Shown in pieces: positions 1 through 11,574 of a stretch of 64,000 bases of DNA. A program made the position numbers and the translations under genes. Position 1 is the stretch's first letter. Each line of letters begins with the position of its first letter. Below the pieces are notes generated by a model. That model did no database searches. It saw nothing but the letters and a program-made list of their open reading frames with translations, and had not been told where the DNA came from. This DNA comes from Hemiscyllium ocellatum (lineage: Eukaryota), in the NCBI RefSeq assembly GCF_020745735.1, contig NC_083409.1:12585259-12649258 (forward strand), written 5' to 3'.

Positions 1-199
1 CTTCTTTTAGTTATCTTAAACATCAGTCAGAAACGTTGAAGAATATTAGGAGAACACAAATACAAATGATCCAAATATCAGAAATCTAGATAGAAAAGAA
101 AAACAACAAACAAAAACACATGAAATGGCAGAAGCAGGAAACCTAGAAGACAAACAATGTTGTGGAGAAACTTGGCATCTGGGCAAACATTGGTGGAGA

Positions 200-3100
200 T
201 AGAACCTAGAACATTACAGCGCAGTACAGGTCCTTCGACCCTCTATGTTGTATCGACCTGTGAAACCAACCTAAAGCCCATCTAACCTACACTATTCCAT
301 TCTCGCCCATATGCCTATCCAATGACCATTTAAATGCACTTAAAGTTGGTGAATCTACTACTGTTGCAGGCAGTAACTACCTCGGACATCTGACCTATAA
401 CTTTAAATTGAGGAGTGATAGATAGGTCCCTTCGTGCTAGGCATTACCATCAGAGGAAAACGTCTCTCACTGTCCAATCTATCTAACCCTCTGATTATCT
501 TATGTTTCGATTAAGTCGCCATTCAACCTTCTTCTCTAACAAAAACAGCCTCAACACCCTCTGCCTTTCCTCATAAGACCTCCCCTCCATACCAGGCAAC
601 ATCAGAGTAAATCTCCTCTGAACCCCTTCCAAATCCTTCCTATAATGCGGCGACCAGAACTGTATGCAATACTACAAATGTGGTCGCACGAAGTTTTGGA
701 CAGCTGCAGCAGGATCTCATGGTTCCGAAACTCAATCCCTCGACCATAACTAACACACCGTATGCCTTCTTCACAACCCTATCAACTTGGGTGGCAACTT
801 TCAAGGATCTATGCACCTGGACACAGATCTCTGTGATCATCTACACTACCAAGAATCTTACCGTTAGCCTAGTACTCTGCATTCCTGTTACTCCTTCCAA
901 AGTGAATCACCTTTTTTTTTGCATTAAACTCCATTTGTCACCTCTCAGCCCAGCTCTGCAGCTTATCCATGTCTCTCTGTAACCTACAACGTTCTTTGTC
1001 ACTATCCACAACTCTACAGACCTTAGTGTCATCCGCAAATTTACTAAGCCATCCTTCAAAGCTCTCACCCAGGTCATTTATAAAAATGATAAATAACAAA
1101 TGGACCCAAAACAGATCCTTGCAGTTCACTAGTAACTGAACTCCAGGATGAATATTTCCCATCAACCACTGCCATCTGTCTTCTTTCAGCTAGCCAATTT
1201 TTAATTCAAACTTCTAAATCACCCTCAATCCCATACCTCCATACTTTGCGCAATAGCCTATCGTGGGGAGCCTTATCAAACACCTTACTGAAAGCAATAT
1301 ACACTACATCAACTGCTTTACCCTCATCCACTGTTTGGTCACATTTTCAAAAGAACTCAATAATGTTGTGAGGCATGACCTACCCTTCACAAATGCATGC
1401 AACTATCTCTAATCAACTTATTCCTTTGTAGATGATTATAACTCCTCCCTCTTATAACCCTTTCCAACACTTTATCCACAACCAAAGTAAGGCTCACTGG
1501 CCTACAATTTCCAGAATTGTCTCTACTCCCCTTCTTGATAGGGAACAACATTTGCTATCCTCCAGTCTTCTGGCACTATTCCTGTAGGCAATGATGGCTT
1601 AAAGATCAAAGCCAAAGGCTCAGCTATTTACTCCCTGGCTTCCCAGAGAATCCTAGGATAAATCAGATCCGGCCCAGGGGACTTAGCTATTTTCACACTT
1701 TCCAGAATTGCTAACACCTCCTCCTCATGCACCTCAATCCCGTCTGGTTTCGTAGCCTGTATCTCAGTATTCTCTTCGACCACATCGTCTTTTTCTAGTA
1801 TGAATATGATGAAAAGTATTCAGTTAGTGCATCCAAATTTCCTCTGACTCCATCCATGACTATGCTTGATTGGCCCTAACCTTCTTCTAGTCATTCTTTT
1901 ATTCCTGATATAGCTTATAGAAAGTCTCCGGGTTTTCCTTGATCCTATCTGCCAATGACTTCCCACGTGCCTTCCTGGCTCTTCCTAGCTCTCTCTTTAG
2001 GTCTTTTCTGGTTAACCCGTAACTCTCAAGCATCCTAACTGAGCTTCACGTCTCATCTGAACATAAGCTTTCTTCTTCATCTCGAAGAGAGATTCAACTT
2101 CCTTAGTAAACCATGACTCTCGCACTCGACAACTTCTTCCCTGCCTGACAGGTACATACTTATCAAGGATAAGCAGTAGGTGTTTCTTGAATAAGCTCCA
2201 AATTTCAATTACCCCATCCCATGCATTCTAAATCTTGCCTAATTGCATTGTAATTGCCTTTCTCCCAGCTATAAATCTTGCCCTCCAGTATATACCGATT
2301 CCTTTCCATCGCTAAAGTAAAAATAATCAAATTGTGGTCACTATCACCAAAGGGCTCACCTACCTCCAAAATCTAACACCTGGCCAGGTTCATTGCCCAG
2401 TACCAAATCCAATGTAGCCTCACGTTTTGTTGGCCTATCTACATACTGTGTCAGGAAATCCTTGTGCACACATTGAGCAAAAACTGACCCATCTAAAGTA
2501 CTCAAACTATAGTATTCCCAGTCAATATTTGGAAAGTTAAAGACCCCACAACAACTATCCTGTCACTTTCGCTCCTACCAAGGATCATCTTTGCTATCCT
2601 CACCATCCCTGGAACTATTCGGAGGCCTGGAGAAAACTCCCAACAGGGTGACCTCTCTTTTCCTGTTTCTAACCTCGGCCCATACGACCTCAGTAGACGA
2701 GTCCTCAAACGTCTTTTCTGCAACCGTAATACTGTCCTTGACTAACAGCGCCACACCATCCCCTCTTTTACCATTTTCTCTGTTCTTACTGAAACATCTA
2801 AATCCCGCAACCTGCAATAACCATTCCTGTCTCTGTTCAACCCATGTCTGCGAAATAGCCACAACATCGAAGTTCACCCACCTTATTCCGGATGCTCCTG
2901 GCATTGAAGTACACACATTGCAAACCAAGTTCTTTGCTGCCAGTGCCTTCTTGTGATCTTGAAATCTTAGTTCTGACTTCACTACTCTCACCCTCCCATA
3001 TACTCAAACGACAATTTCGGCTCCCATTCCCCTGCTGAATTAGTTTAAACCCACCCGAAGAGCATTAGCAAACAGCCTCCCCCAGGGTATTGGTACCTGT

Positions 3101-3760
3101 CCGGTTCAGGTGAAGACTATCCTGTTTATAGAGGTCCCACCTACCCCAGAAAGATGTCCAATTAGCCAGGTATCCAAAACCCCACCTCCTGCACCAACCC
3201 TGTAGCCATGTGTTCAACTCCTCTCTCTCTCCATTCCTCAATTTGCTGGCACGTGGCACGGGCAACAAACTAGACATAACTCTGTTTGTTCTAGCTCTAG
3301 GCTTCCACCTTAGCTCCCTGAATTTCTGTTTTAAATCCCCATCTCCCTTCCTACCTATGTTGTTGGTGTCTATATGAACTTGGGGTTCTTCCCCTTCCCC
3401 CTCAAGGATTCTGAAAACACGATCAGAGACATCATGGACCCTGGCACCTGGGAGGCAACAAACCAATCATGAGTCTCTCCCATTCTCACAGAGCCTCCTA
3501 TCTGTTCTCCTAATGATGGAGTCCCCCAGTGACCAATGCTCGGCTCCTCTTCACCCTTCCCTTCTGAGCAACAGGGACAGACTCTGTGCCAGAGACCCGT
3601 GTCCCATTGCTTACACCGGGCAAGTATCCCCCCAACAGCATTCAAAACGGTATACTTGTTGTTGAGGGGAATGGCCACAGGGGGTCCCTGCACTACCTGC
3701 CAGTCCCCTTTCTGTCCCCTGATGGTAACCCATCTCCCTTCTTCTTTTACCTGATGTCCT
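200..3760 (-). mobile_element. CR1/HER1-type LINE, near full-length but degenerate (ORF1 SGNH esterase, ORF2 endonuclease+RT, 3' tail)
   Basis: Minus-strand fragments: ORF1 esterase (CLPGARVHDV...LPVPRA...WCRR.GF...W..FWGRWDLYK.D.LHLN, 3065-3466); APE endonuclease (DVVAISQTW...KRGDGVALLVK...YRPP-like, 2575-2991); RT (LFIIFINDL...SKFADDTK, 938-1165). Short tandem tail tagaacctagaac near 200. Many stops and frameshifts. Confidence 0.9.
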
Positions 3761-3764
3761 AGTG

Positions 3765-3990
3765 GCATTATCACTGCCTAGTCTAACACCATGGAGATCT
3801 GGGTTCAAATCCCACTATGGCAGCTCATCAAATTTAAACTCAATGAAGAAATCTAGAATTGAAAATTAGTCTCATGCTGCAAAAAAAAAATTCACCTGGT
3901 TCAGTAACATCCATTAGGAAAGGAAACTTACCATCCGCACATGACCTGGCTTACATGCGACTCCAGACTCAAATGCCCTACGATATGGGA
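3765..3990 (+). mobile_element. tRNA-derived SINE (SacSINE/Deu-type), degenerate
   Basis: B-box-like gggttcaaatccc followed by a core resembling the copy at 7390-7740 (aaggaaacttaccatcc...cctggcttacatgcgactccagac). Family name is from recall. Confidence 0.55.
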
Positions 3991-4477
3991 ACACTAGCCA
4001 AACATTTCTAGGGCAATTTCATGGACACAAATGCTGCCCACATCCCATGAGTAATCAAAGGAGAAGGGATGAGAGTTAGTGCGTCAAGTGACCCAGAGAT
4101 GTTCATACTCTTCTGTTTGAAGCATCACACATGCATCTCCAGCAGAAAGCAGCTTGAGATTTTGACACGTTAACTGCCCACAGATGGGCTCAGGCACATA
4201 ATGAGCCCTTGGGCTTTTGATTTTAAATATTACAACTTGTAGAAACTACGATAAGCCAGGTGGAAATCTTCCACCCAGCAAAGCTAGGAATTGTGAAGTG
4301 AATTATCTGGAACGTGGTCTGGAAAAATGGTGAAAAGGCACCTTTTCAAAGGTGCCCTCCACAACTGCTTAGTGTCACAATATGTTATACAGTCTATCAA
4401 GTCATTTTTTAAAAAACGTACGCACTGCCATAATGAAGGAAACCAGAGAAGCTGCTTTTTTCCCACTGCAGCGTTGG

Positions 4478-4870
4478 AGATTGATGGATGATCTTATTAG
4501 AGGTTTATAAAATCATAAGGGGTATAGATAAGATGAATGGCAGGTGTCTTTTCTCCAGAGTGGCAGATTTCAAGACTCGGGGGCAAAGTTTTAAGGTGAG
4601 AGGTGAAAGACTTAACAAAGACGGAGATCAGTTTGACTTTGTTTTACACAGAGTGGCTCATGTGTGGAATGACATTCCAGACAAAGTGGTGGATGTGGAT
4701 ACAGGTTCGGTTTTGACAGTTAAAAGACATTTAGAGATGTTTATAAACAAGAAATGGTTGCAGGGATATTGGCCAAGTGAAGGCCAGGCACTAGGTTAGT
4801 TTAGGATTATAGTTGGCATGGACTGGTTGAACCAAAAGGGCTTGTTTCCATGCTGTATGACTCTATGACA
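4478..4870 (+). mobile_element. CR1 LINE 3' fragment
   Basis: ORF 4488-4799 (EVYKIIRGIDK...TRGQSFKV...RV..VWN), then CR1 3' UTR ending in a (ctctatga)n tail at ~4850-4870. Confidence 0.85.
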
Positions 4871-5042
4871 GTCGTGTACAGAAAGACCTTTTTACCTGAT
4901 ATTCTTGAAATTGCTCAGGACACAGAGGAGAACTACCCTGGTCTTCTTCAGTGTTGGATCTTTCACATTCATCGAAGATAGCTCAGTTCAGATGGCTCAT
5001 CCCAAAGCCATAACCTCCAAGAATGAAGTCTTCAGATTTGTG

Positions 5043-6491
5043 AGTAAAAAGTGAGGTATGCAGATGCTGGAAATCAGAGCTGAAAATGTGTTCCTGGTTA
5101 AAGCACAACAGGTTAGGCAGCATCCAAGGAACAGGAAATTCGACGTTTCGGGCCAGAGCCCTTCATCAGGAATGAGGAGAGTATGCCAGGCAGGCTAAGA
5201 TAAAAGGTAGGGAGGAGGGACTTGGGGGAGGGGCGATGGAGATGTGATAGGTGGAAGGAGGTCAAGGTGAGGGTGATAGGCCGGAGTGGGGTGGGGGCGG
5301 AGAGGTCAGGAAGAAGATTGCAGGTTAGGAAGGCGGTGCTGAGTTGAGGGAACCGACTGAGACAAGATGGGGGATGGGGAAATGAGGAAACTGGAGAAAT
5401 CTGAGTTCATTCCTTGTGATTGGAGGGTTCCCAGGCGGAAGATGAGGCGCTCTTTCTCCAACCGTCGTGTTGTTATGTTCTGCCGATGGAGGAGTCCAAG
5501 GACCTGCATGTCCTCGGTGGAGTGGGAGGGATAATTAAAGTGTTGAGCCACGGGGTGGTTGAGTTGGTTGGTCCGGGCGTCCCAGAGGTGTTCCCTGAAG
5601 CGTTCCGCAAGTAGGCGGCCCGTCTCCCCAATATAGAGGAGGCCACATCGGGTGCAGCAGATGCAATAGATGGTGTGTGTGGAGGTGCAGGTGAATTTGT
5701 GGCGGATATGGAAGGATCCCTTGGGGCCTTGGAGAGAAGTAAGGGAGGTGGTGTGGCGCAAGTTTTACATTTCCTGCGGTTGCAGGGGAAGGTGCCGGGA
5801 GTGGAGGTTGGGTTGGTGGGGGGGTGTGGACCTGACGAGGGAGTCACGAAGGGAGTGGTCTTTGCGGAACGCTGATAGGGGAGGGGAGGGAAATATATCC
5901 CTGGCGGTGGGGTCTGTTTGGAGGTGGCGGAAATGATGGCGGATGATACGCTGTATATGGGAGGTTGGCGGGGTGGTAGGTGAGAACCAGTGGGGTTCTG
6001 TCTTGGTGGCGGTTGGATGAGCGGGGCTCAAGGGCGGAGGAGCGGGAAGTGGAGGAGATGCGGTGGAGGGCATCGTCGATCACGCCTGGGGGGAATCTGC
6101 GGTCCTTGAAGAAGGAGGCCATCTGGGCTGTACGGTATTGGAACTGGTCCTCCTGGGAGCAGATGCGGCGGAGACGAAGGAATTGGGAATATGGGATGGC
6201 ATTTTTACAGGGGGCAGGGTGGGAGGAGGTGTAGTCCAGGTAGCTGTGGGAGTCAGTCGGTTTATAGTAGATGTCTGTGTTGAGTCGGTCGCCCGAGATA
6301 GAAATGGAAAGGTCTAGGAAGGGGAGGGAGGAGTCTGAGACAGTCGAGGTGAATTTGAGGTCGGGATGGAAGGTGTTGGTAAAGTTGATGAACTGTTCAA
6401 CCTCCTCGCGGGAGCACGAGGCAGCGCCGATACAGTCATCGATGTAGCGGAGGAAAAGGTGGGGGGTGATGCCAGTGTAGCTGTGGATGAG
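5043..6491 (-). mobile_element. Penelope-like element (PLE), 5'-truncated: RT C-terminus + GIY-YIG endonuclease + 3' terminal repeat
   Basis: RT motif FLRYIDD and thumb (TDIYYKPTDSHSYL...HP...K..IPYSQFLRLRRICS) in 5844-6494; GIY-YIG (IYCICC..CG.LYIGETGR.LAERF.EH) in 5306-5761. The two are in different frames. Flanked by direct repeat AGATTTGTG (5034-5042 / 6503-6511). Confidence 0.92.
5138..5173 (-). ncRNA. Minimal type-I hammerhead ribozyme motif in the PLE terminal repeat
   Basis: Minus strand reads AUUC-CUGAUGA-A-GGGC(UCUG)GCCC-GAA-ACGU-C/GAAU: conserved core, 4-bp stem II, loopless palindromic stem III (ACGU), GUC cleavage triplet and 4-bp stem I (AUUC/GAAU). Confidence 0.65.
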
Positions 6492-7389
6492 CACAAATCT
6501 TTAGATTTGTGTTCAAACTTTGTAGAGCGGAACTCAACCTTTCAGCTTTTAATCGAGACAAGAATGATACCAACGGAGGCACAGTCAACATCTGACAAGC
6601 GGAGACAGAGGGCTAAATGATCGGAGTTAGGTAAGAATGGTTGATCTCTGATTAGAGGTGAGCTTATTTCCCTTCAATAGTGTTGCTGTGTGTTCTCAAA
6701 AGATGTTCTCATTCAGGCATATCAGACTGTTTCAGTCATTACTCCAGTGTCTAAGCTCTATTCCCTAACTACCGTACTGAGAAAACACATATGGGTGACC
6801 TGTTTCTGAAAAAAGAACAACGTGTGAACTTCGTACCTTGGAGGCATAGACTGTAATATTCAACTATAACAAAAATTTACAAGAATGTTTAAAATCAACA
6901 GCTTCCTCTTTCATCTCAGGAGCAGGCTGCAATTCATTCAAAGAGAAAATTGCGATTGCAGTGAACAACTGAAATGGCTTCTGATCATGATAGAAAGTTG
7001 ACTTGTGTACGAGCCAATATGAGCTGTCTGTTTTCTTATTTATACCCGAGCTCCACCCTGAAAATACTTGGATAAAAAAAATCCTTAACCACACAAGGTG
7101 ATACTCAGTCAATCGCAGAACCAGGTCAACTGAGGTTGATTTCAAACACTGAAGGCTTCATGGAAGAGAAGAGTTTGTGGGCCCATCTCCTTGGCTGGAG
7201 AATGGGTGACCATATTTTCAGACTGCAACTTCAGCTTCGATTCCCCAGGCTGAGGGGGCGCAGTGGAACTCACCCGGTTTCACAACTGGCTCATGTTTGA
7301 TCTGTGGCACGATCCACGTGGCGATGATAGATCAGGACGTGACACCCTCACAGAGGTCTGATGTTTGCCATTCTCCTGATCACATGAGG

Positions 7390-7740
7390 TGAGGGGGAAA
7401 GGGAGTGGTAATGCTAAAGGCCCAGGTGAATACTCTGGAGAAATGGGTTCAAATTCCAGCGCAGCAGATGGTGGAACTTCAACGTCATGAATCAATGTGG
7501 AACTTAGCAGTTCTCCACAGTAACGGTGACCATAGCAACAAGCATCGATTGTTAACAACCCATCAGGGTGACGTTTTGTCCTTTACAAAATGAAATCTGC
7601 CATCCTTATCCAGTCTGACCTACACCTGACTCCACACCCACAGCCATGTGGTTGACTCTGAACTACATCCTGAAACAAAGAGCAGTTAGGGCTGGGGAAT
7701 AAGAGCTGGCCTTTTCTATGACATCCCATGAAAGATAGAA
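7390..7740 (+). mobile_element. tRNA-derived SINE (SacSINE/Deu-type)
   Basis: gggttcaaattcc B-box, core gaaatctgccatcctta...tgactcca...tgtggttgactct, and tail cagttaggg...gacatcccatgaa shared with other LINE-tail fragments in the window. Confidence 0.55.
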
Positions 7741-9029
7741 AGAAAAAGGCTCTAAGCAATCCAGTGAGTAATACAGGAGACAACAAATATTCAAAGGACA
7801 AGGAGGCAAACACAGCAAACCAGTGCTCCCTGCACAGTCTTTCTCTCAAACTTCGGAAATGCTGACCTCTGCGGCATCTGTTTGGAGGGCCAAAGTCTCA
7901 ATGTTAAGATCCTCTCGGAGCTTAGCTCCTGTTATGAGATTTTCTGATGCAGAAGAGAGTTTCTACACCCGCCTTTCCAGACCAAGAAGCTGTTAACAAC
8001 TTTGGGGATCAGTGAGTGTTGAACGATTTAAGTAGCTAAACAGAGATAGGGTGAAGATGGATGACGATGCAGAGGGAGGAAAACAGACAGTGTTGGCAAT
8101 AAGACAGCTGAATAGTCAGGAGTTCGGCTGAGGGTCACACACATATGGAGATGGCAGATGGTCAGATTCAGGCTTTGACAGTTTTCAGGTAGAGGAAGAG
8201 GGTTGTTTGTTAGGGAGTAGTTGTGATGGGCACAAAGTGCATCGCTTTCAGTCTTCCCAATATTTGGTTGGAGGATATTTCTGCTCATTCAGGATTGGAC
8301 GCGAGCTCAGCAGAGAGATTAAAAAAATGGTATTACAAGGATTTAGGAGAGGTGGTGACATGTTAGAATTAGGTATTATCAGAACCAGATATATTTTCAG
8401 ATGATATCATTGAGAGGCAGCACATAGATAAGAAATGAGAGGCCAAAGGAAAATAATTTAACTTCAAGGATACAAACATAGAAGATAGGAGTAGGCCATT
8501 TGACCCCTCAAGTGTGCTCTGCTACTCCGTATGATAATGCCTGATGAAGACAGAAGAGGGGGAACCAGAACACATTATATACCCAGACTCCCAAAAGGTG
8601 CCATTCAAAGGTTCATAGACAAAGTAATGGAATTCGGGATGAGAATTAGTATGGATAGAGGATTGCTTAACAGGAGGCAGAGTGTCAAGACTGAACAGAG
8701 TATTCCCAAGTTGAACGACTGAATGTTACGAGTTCTGAAAGGATCAGTGATGGGGCCTCAGCTATTCACGATCTACATTAATGGCTGAGATAAAGGGACC
8801 GAGCAATGCAAGTTTGCTGATAATATAAAGCATAGAGGAAACATAAGCTGTGAGGACAACAGGACAGAATGAGGCTTCAGGGTGTAACAGATGGGCAAAA
8901 TGAATGGTCACAGAGACAGATGCAGCATATATAATGTGTGAAACTGATTTCACTCACTTTGGTGGCAGGAATAAAAAAGTGGGACATTTTAAGAAAAAAG
9001 GATGAGAAATTTGGAAATGCTGTGAAGAA

Positions 9030-10010
9030 GAGGAGTCAGAGTCATAGAGATGTTCGGCACGGAAACAGACCCTTCGGTCCAACCCGTCCATGCTGACCAG
9101 ATATCCCAACCAAATCTTGCCCCACCTGCCAGCACCCAGCCCGTATTCCTCCAAACCCTTCCTATTCATATACCCATCCAAATGCCGCTTAAATTTTGCA
9201 ATTGTACTAGCCTCCACCACTTCCTCTGGCAGCTCATTCCATACACGTACCAACCTGTGTGTGAAAAAAGTTGCCCCGTAAGTCTCTCTTATATCTTTCC
9301 TCTCTCACCCTAAACTTATACCCTCTAGTTCTGGACTCCTTGACCCCAGAGAAAAGACTTTACCTATTTATCCTATCCATGCCCCGCATAGTTTTTTAAA
9401 TCCCTCAGCCTCTGATGGATTTGTAAATATTTTCTGAACCCTTTCAAGTTTCACAACATCTTCCCGACAGGAAGGAGACCAGAATTGCACGCAATACTCC
9501 AACAGTGGCCTAACCAATGTCTTGTACCAGCTGCAACATGACCTCCCAACTCCTGTACTCGGTACTCTGACTGATAAAGGAAAGCATACCAAAAGTTTTC
9601 TTCACTATCCCATCTACCTGCGATTCCACTTTCAAGGAGCTATGAACCTGCACTCCAAGGTCTCTTTGTTCAGCAACACTCCCTAGGACCTTACCATTAG
9701 GTGTATAAGTCCTGCTAAGATTTGCTTTCTCAAAATGCAGCACCTCACATTTACCTGAATTAAACGCCATCTGCCACTTCTCAACCCATTGGTCCATCTG
9801 ATCAAGATCCTGTTGTAATCTGAGGTAACCCTCTTCGCTGTCCACTAAACCTCCAATTTTGGAGTCATCTGCAAACTGACTGACTAACTGTACCTCTTAT
9901 GCTTGCATCCAAATCATTTATGTAAATGACAAAAAGTAGAGGACCCAGCACCGATCCTTATGGCACTCCACTGGTCCCAGGCCTCCAGTCTGAATAACAG
10001 CCCTCCACCA
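9030..10010 (-). mobile_element. CR1 LINE 3' portion
   Basis: RT C-terminal ORFs 9510-9845, 9368-9592 and 8954-9253 ([26 protein letters not shown]); tail gagtcagagtcatagag at ~9033. Confidence 0.9.
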
Positions 10011-10011
10011 A

Positions 10012-11560
10012 CAAGTCATAGACTCTGACAGCACAGAAAGAGACCATTCAGCCTAGATTGGTCCGTGCCAATCAAAATGTCCCTCCACGCTAACCCATTT
10101 CCCTGCACTTGGCCCATCTCCTTCTAATCCTTCAAGTATTTATCCAAATGCCTTTTAAATGTTGTTAATGTACCTGTCTCGACCACTTCTACTGGCAACT
10201 TATTTCATATGCGAGCCACCCTCTGTAAAAAAGTTCCCCCTCAGGTTCCCTTTTAATCTTAAATAAAACTTCTAACGTTAAACTGATGCCCTCTGGTCCT
10301 CAATTCCCCAACCCTGGGAAAAAGACTGAGTGCATTCACCCTATCCATGCCTCTCATCTTATACACTTCTTTAAACCCCCCCCCCACCCCCAGATTCTCC
10401 TACGCTCTAAAGAGCAAAGTTCTAGTTTGCCCAATCTCCCCCATAACTTGAACCATTGAGTCTAGGCAACATCCTTGCAAATTTCTTCTGCACTCTTTCC
10501 AGTTTAATAACATCCTTCCTGTAACAAGGTGACCAAAACAGCACACAATACTCCAAGTTTGGCCTCACCAACGTCCTGTACAACTGCAATGTAACTTCTG
10601 TACTCAAGATGCCCTGCCTGATGAAGGCCAGTGTGCCAAAAGCCTTCTGCACTGTCCTGTCTACCTGTGACTCCACTTTCAGAGAATGGTGAACCTGAAC
10701 TCCAAGATCCCTCTGTTCCACTGCACTCCTTCAGGCCCTACCACACACCATGAAACTGCTACCTAGATTTGACTTTCCAAAATGCAAGACCTCACATTTA
10801 TCTATATTAAACCCCATTTCTCATCCCACTTCATCAGTTGATCAAGGTCCCGCTAGAATTTCTGATAACCTTCCTCACTGTCCACGATGCTGCCTATTTT
10901 AGTGGCATCAGCAAACTGACTAATTACCCCTTGCACATCCTCATTCAAATCATTGATAACAAACAGTAATGGGTGCAGCAGTAAGCCCAAGGTACTCCAC
11001 TCGTCACAGGCCTCCAGTCCAACAAGCATCTTTCTACTATTACCCTCTGCCTCTTACCATCAAGCCAAGTTTGCATCCAATTTGCCAGCTCGCTCTGATT
11101 CCATGTGATCTAAACTTCCTATCATGTGGAACCTTATCAACGGCCTTACTGAAAACCATATAGATTACGACTACTGCCATAGTCAACCTTCCTGGCTACT
11201 TCAAAGAACTCTAACAAATTTGTGAGACTTGATTTCCCACTCACAAAGCCAGGCTGACTATTCCTAATCAAACCATCTTTCCAAATCCAAGTTTATCTCA
11301 TCCCTCAGAATCTTCTCAAGTAACTTATCCACCACAGATGTTAAGCTTACTGGTATATAGATAACAGGCTTTTCTTTGCAGCCCTTCTTGAATAATGGCA
11401 CAACATTCATTACCCTCCAGCCTTCCGGGACCTCACCCGTGGCTAACGATGATGAAAAGATATCAGCCAGGGCTCCTGTGATTTCTTCTCTCGCCTCTTG
11501 CAGTGTTCTTGGATACATCTGGGTCAGACCCAGGAGATTTATCCAACTTCATACATTCTA
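10012..11560 (-). mobile_element. CR1 LINE RT/3' portion
   Basis: ORFs 10422-10721 (QRDLGVQVH...RPNLEYC..FWSP) and 11264-11518 (VPEGWRV.NVVPLFKKG...P.SLTSVV.K.LE). Confidence 0.9.
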
Positions 11561-11574
11561 ATACATCCAACATA

